Source: Dicyema japonicum
Lineage: Eukaryota > Animalia > Dicyemida
Assembly (NCBI GenBank): GCA_011109175.1
Contig: RDEW01000003.1
Coordinates: forward strand, 124,001 to 188,000
Length of the DNA: 64,000 nucleotides
Direction: 5' to 3'
Part shown: positions 62,051 through 64,000 of the stretch, one piece after another
Numbering within the stretch: position 1 is the first letter of the stretch
Layout of the letters: each line of letters begins with the position of its first letter
Program-made: the position numbers and the translations under genes
Notes under the pieces: generated by a model
What the model was told of the DNA's origin: nothing
Database searches by the model: none
What the model saw: the letters and a program-made list of their open reading frames with translations, nothing else

Positions 62051-62952
62051 TTCTATGGTAACAACAATTGTATTTTAATAATTCAGATTTCAAGACATTG
62101 AGGTGGATGACGTACCCCTATTGAGCGAATGTCTTGATCTCCCCAAGGTGGATGTGACCTTTCGTTCTTTTTATTGTAGGAAGTGAAAATGATGAACTTT
62201 AAGACATTGGATATACGATGCTTCCGATAGAAGAAGCTTAGGATACACTATTTTTTAAGTTTGGGTCAGCCTGGCACAAAATTTGGGGGAACAAGAAAAG
62301 ATTTCTGCCTGTTTCTTCTGTTCCTCTTCCCTTTTCGAATAGAATGATGTCATATGTTCCACCTGTCTCAAGTGGCACCCAGTGCAAGGGTGGTACGAAA
62401 AATGATTATTTGTATCTCCCACTTCACTGAAGGGGTTCCCAAAACAGCAAGTAATGGACGTCTTTTACCTTTTCTGCAGGTTCTGGATGAAGTTGTGTGC
62501 CATTGGACGGACTCTTCTGTGATAGTGGGAACTGGATACACTCTGGATATACCGAGAAGGAAGTTAACAATTAAAATTAAATGAAATAAACTTTAATTAA
62601 AAAAATTTTAATGGAAAACAATTAAAAGCTAATTAAAATTTTTAATTAAAAAAATTAATTGAAAATTAAATTAAAAAACTCGCCTATAAAATTTGTTTAG
62701 TCTATGAAAATCAATAGTTCGAGGTCTCCCGACATTAGATTAAAGCGATCCAACTGAGCCTTGTGTTTTTAGACTGCATTTTCTAAGAGCCACGTCACCA
62801 GCTAAACCAAATGAAAATAAAGTTAGAATTTTATTAAAAATTAAAATAATCACAGATAAATTAAATTTTGGTTATTTTTTATTATTAAATTAATATAAAT
62901 ATAAAATTGAAAATAAAATAAAATTTTTGAAATCATTATAAAATTAGAGCTT

Positions 62953-63994
62953 ATGTCCGATAACTTAACAGACGTATCTTCAGCTATTAGTGTGAATTGT
63001 AGCAATGAAATGCTACTAACAGTGAATCAAATCTCGCAAATACAATTCGAAAATTCATTAGTAGTCATAAAGTCTTTCATGCGATTCGTTCATGATTATT
63101 ATGATGAGATTCGTACGCTCAAGGCTAAAAAAATAGAGGTAGCTATAACATAATATTGAAGTTGTTGAAATGGATGGATAGTTGGAACTACTGGTTCGAT
63201 TCGCAACTTCATGGTGATGATTTAAAAGATTCACCTAATTTGGAAATTTTTTTTAAAAGCTATTTTGTACAAAAAAATATGAAAATTCGCCAAATTAAGG
63301 AAATTGAAGAAAGATTCTATATTTGGCAAGACCGATTGCAATTAGAAAACCACAAGCTTCTCAGTACAGATTTCCTTGAGGTATTTTATTATGAAAACGT
63401 TGCAGATACTGGACGAGAAGTTGTTCTTACTAAATAATTCCGAAAAGACGTTTCTCAATATCGTTTATAGGGAAAGAGATAAGTAATCAAGTATTTTTTC
63501 AAAATAGGGAATTTTTTAATAGCCAATATATTAAAACATTCTTTGCTCGTTCCTTCCAATTTAATCAGTGGTTGGATGACAAATATGATGAGCTACCAAC
63601 TCCCAGGCAGTTAAGAACTCTCCCAATTAGAGTATATTTCAAGACTGATTTTCAGATTTTGAATTTTATGATCGACACCGTCATCAATGGCTTCAATAAC
63701 GTGGATAATGATTCTGATGATGTTTTTAAAGATTTATTTGTAATGTCTGAATATATTAGGTTTCTAATGTGCTAATCGTGCTGTTTAGTTACCACTGCGA
63801 TGATTCAAAGCAAGTTATCAAAGAGATCAGTAAGATCGAACATAAATACAGACATGTTCTGAATAGTGCAACTTTTTATAAATTGGATTTAAATGTTGGT
63901 ATCATAAATTATCGTTTAGGGGTTTTATGACGATCATGAACTGGATCCAGAGCTTATAGACTTTTATAGTAAAATTATTGTATTTACGACATAA
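62953..63994 (+). CDS. Uncharacterised multi-exon protein (~290 aa)
   Basis: Six GT-AG introns of 23-29 nt (e.g. 63139-63161, 63632-63655) join the ORF pieces into one continuous frame ending in TAA at 63992-63994; no family recognised. Confidence 0.7.
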
Positions 63995-64000
63995 TGAGTT

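Noticed and set aside
1-64000. Prokaryotic, viral or ciliate (reassigned stop codon) origin
   Set aside because: Spliceosomal introns and animal gene families are present, and TAA/TGA terminate conserved proteins at the expected positions.

Overview
AT-rich eukaryotic (animal) genomic DNA with one 736-N scaffold gap (19667-20402). It holds about ten compact protein-coding genes. Most are broken by extremely short GT-AG introns, mostly 22-32 nt with a mode near 24: ANKUB1, an SLC6 Na+/Cl- transporter, an SRSF4/5/6-type SR protein, OSGEP/Kae1, a PAQR/AdipoR, NOC3L, NEK4, EFCAB11 and an unrecognised multi-exon gene. A divergent SIX-class homeobox gene is intronless. Tiny introns, the standard genetic code, metazoan gene families and cilia-linked genes point (inference) to a dicyemid mesozoan such as Dicyema. 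Intergenic DNA is a dense TE graveyard. It contains an Ingi/Vingi-like APE-RT LINE with a virus-like 2A (StopGo) peptide, many short hairpin-headed non-autonomous retroposons ending in LINE-type 3' tails, RTE, CRE and R4/Dong non-LTR elements, Buster/Charlie hATs with TIRs and TSDs, a non-autonomous MULE, a Merlin remnant and an integrase fragment. Several conserved genes carry 1-bp deletions, mostly in short homopolymers, which are most likely assembly consensus errors. All identifications come from manual translation and remembered motifs, with no database search. TE boundaries are approximate unless TIRs/TSDs are quoted.
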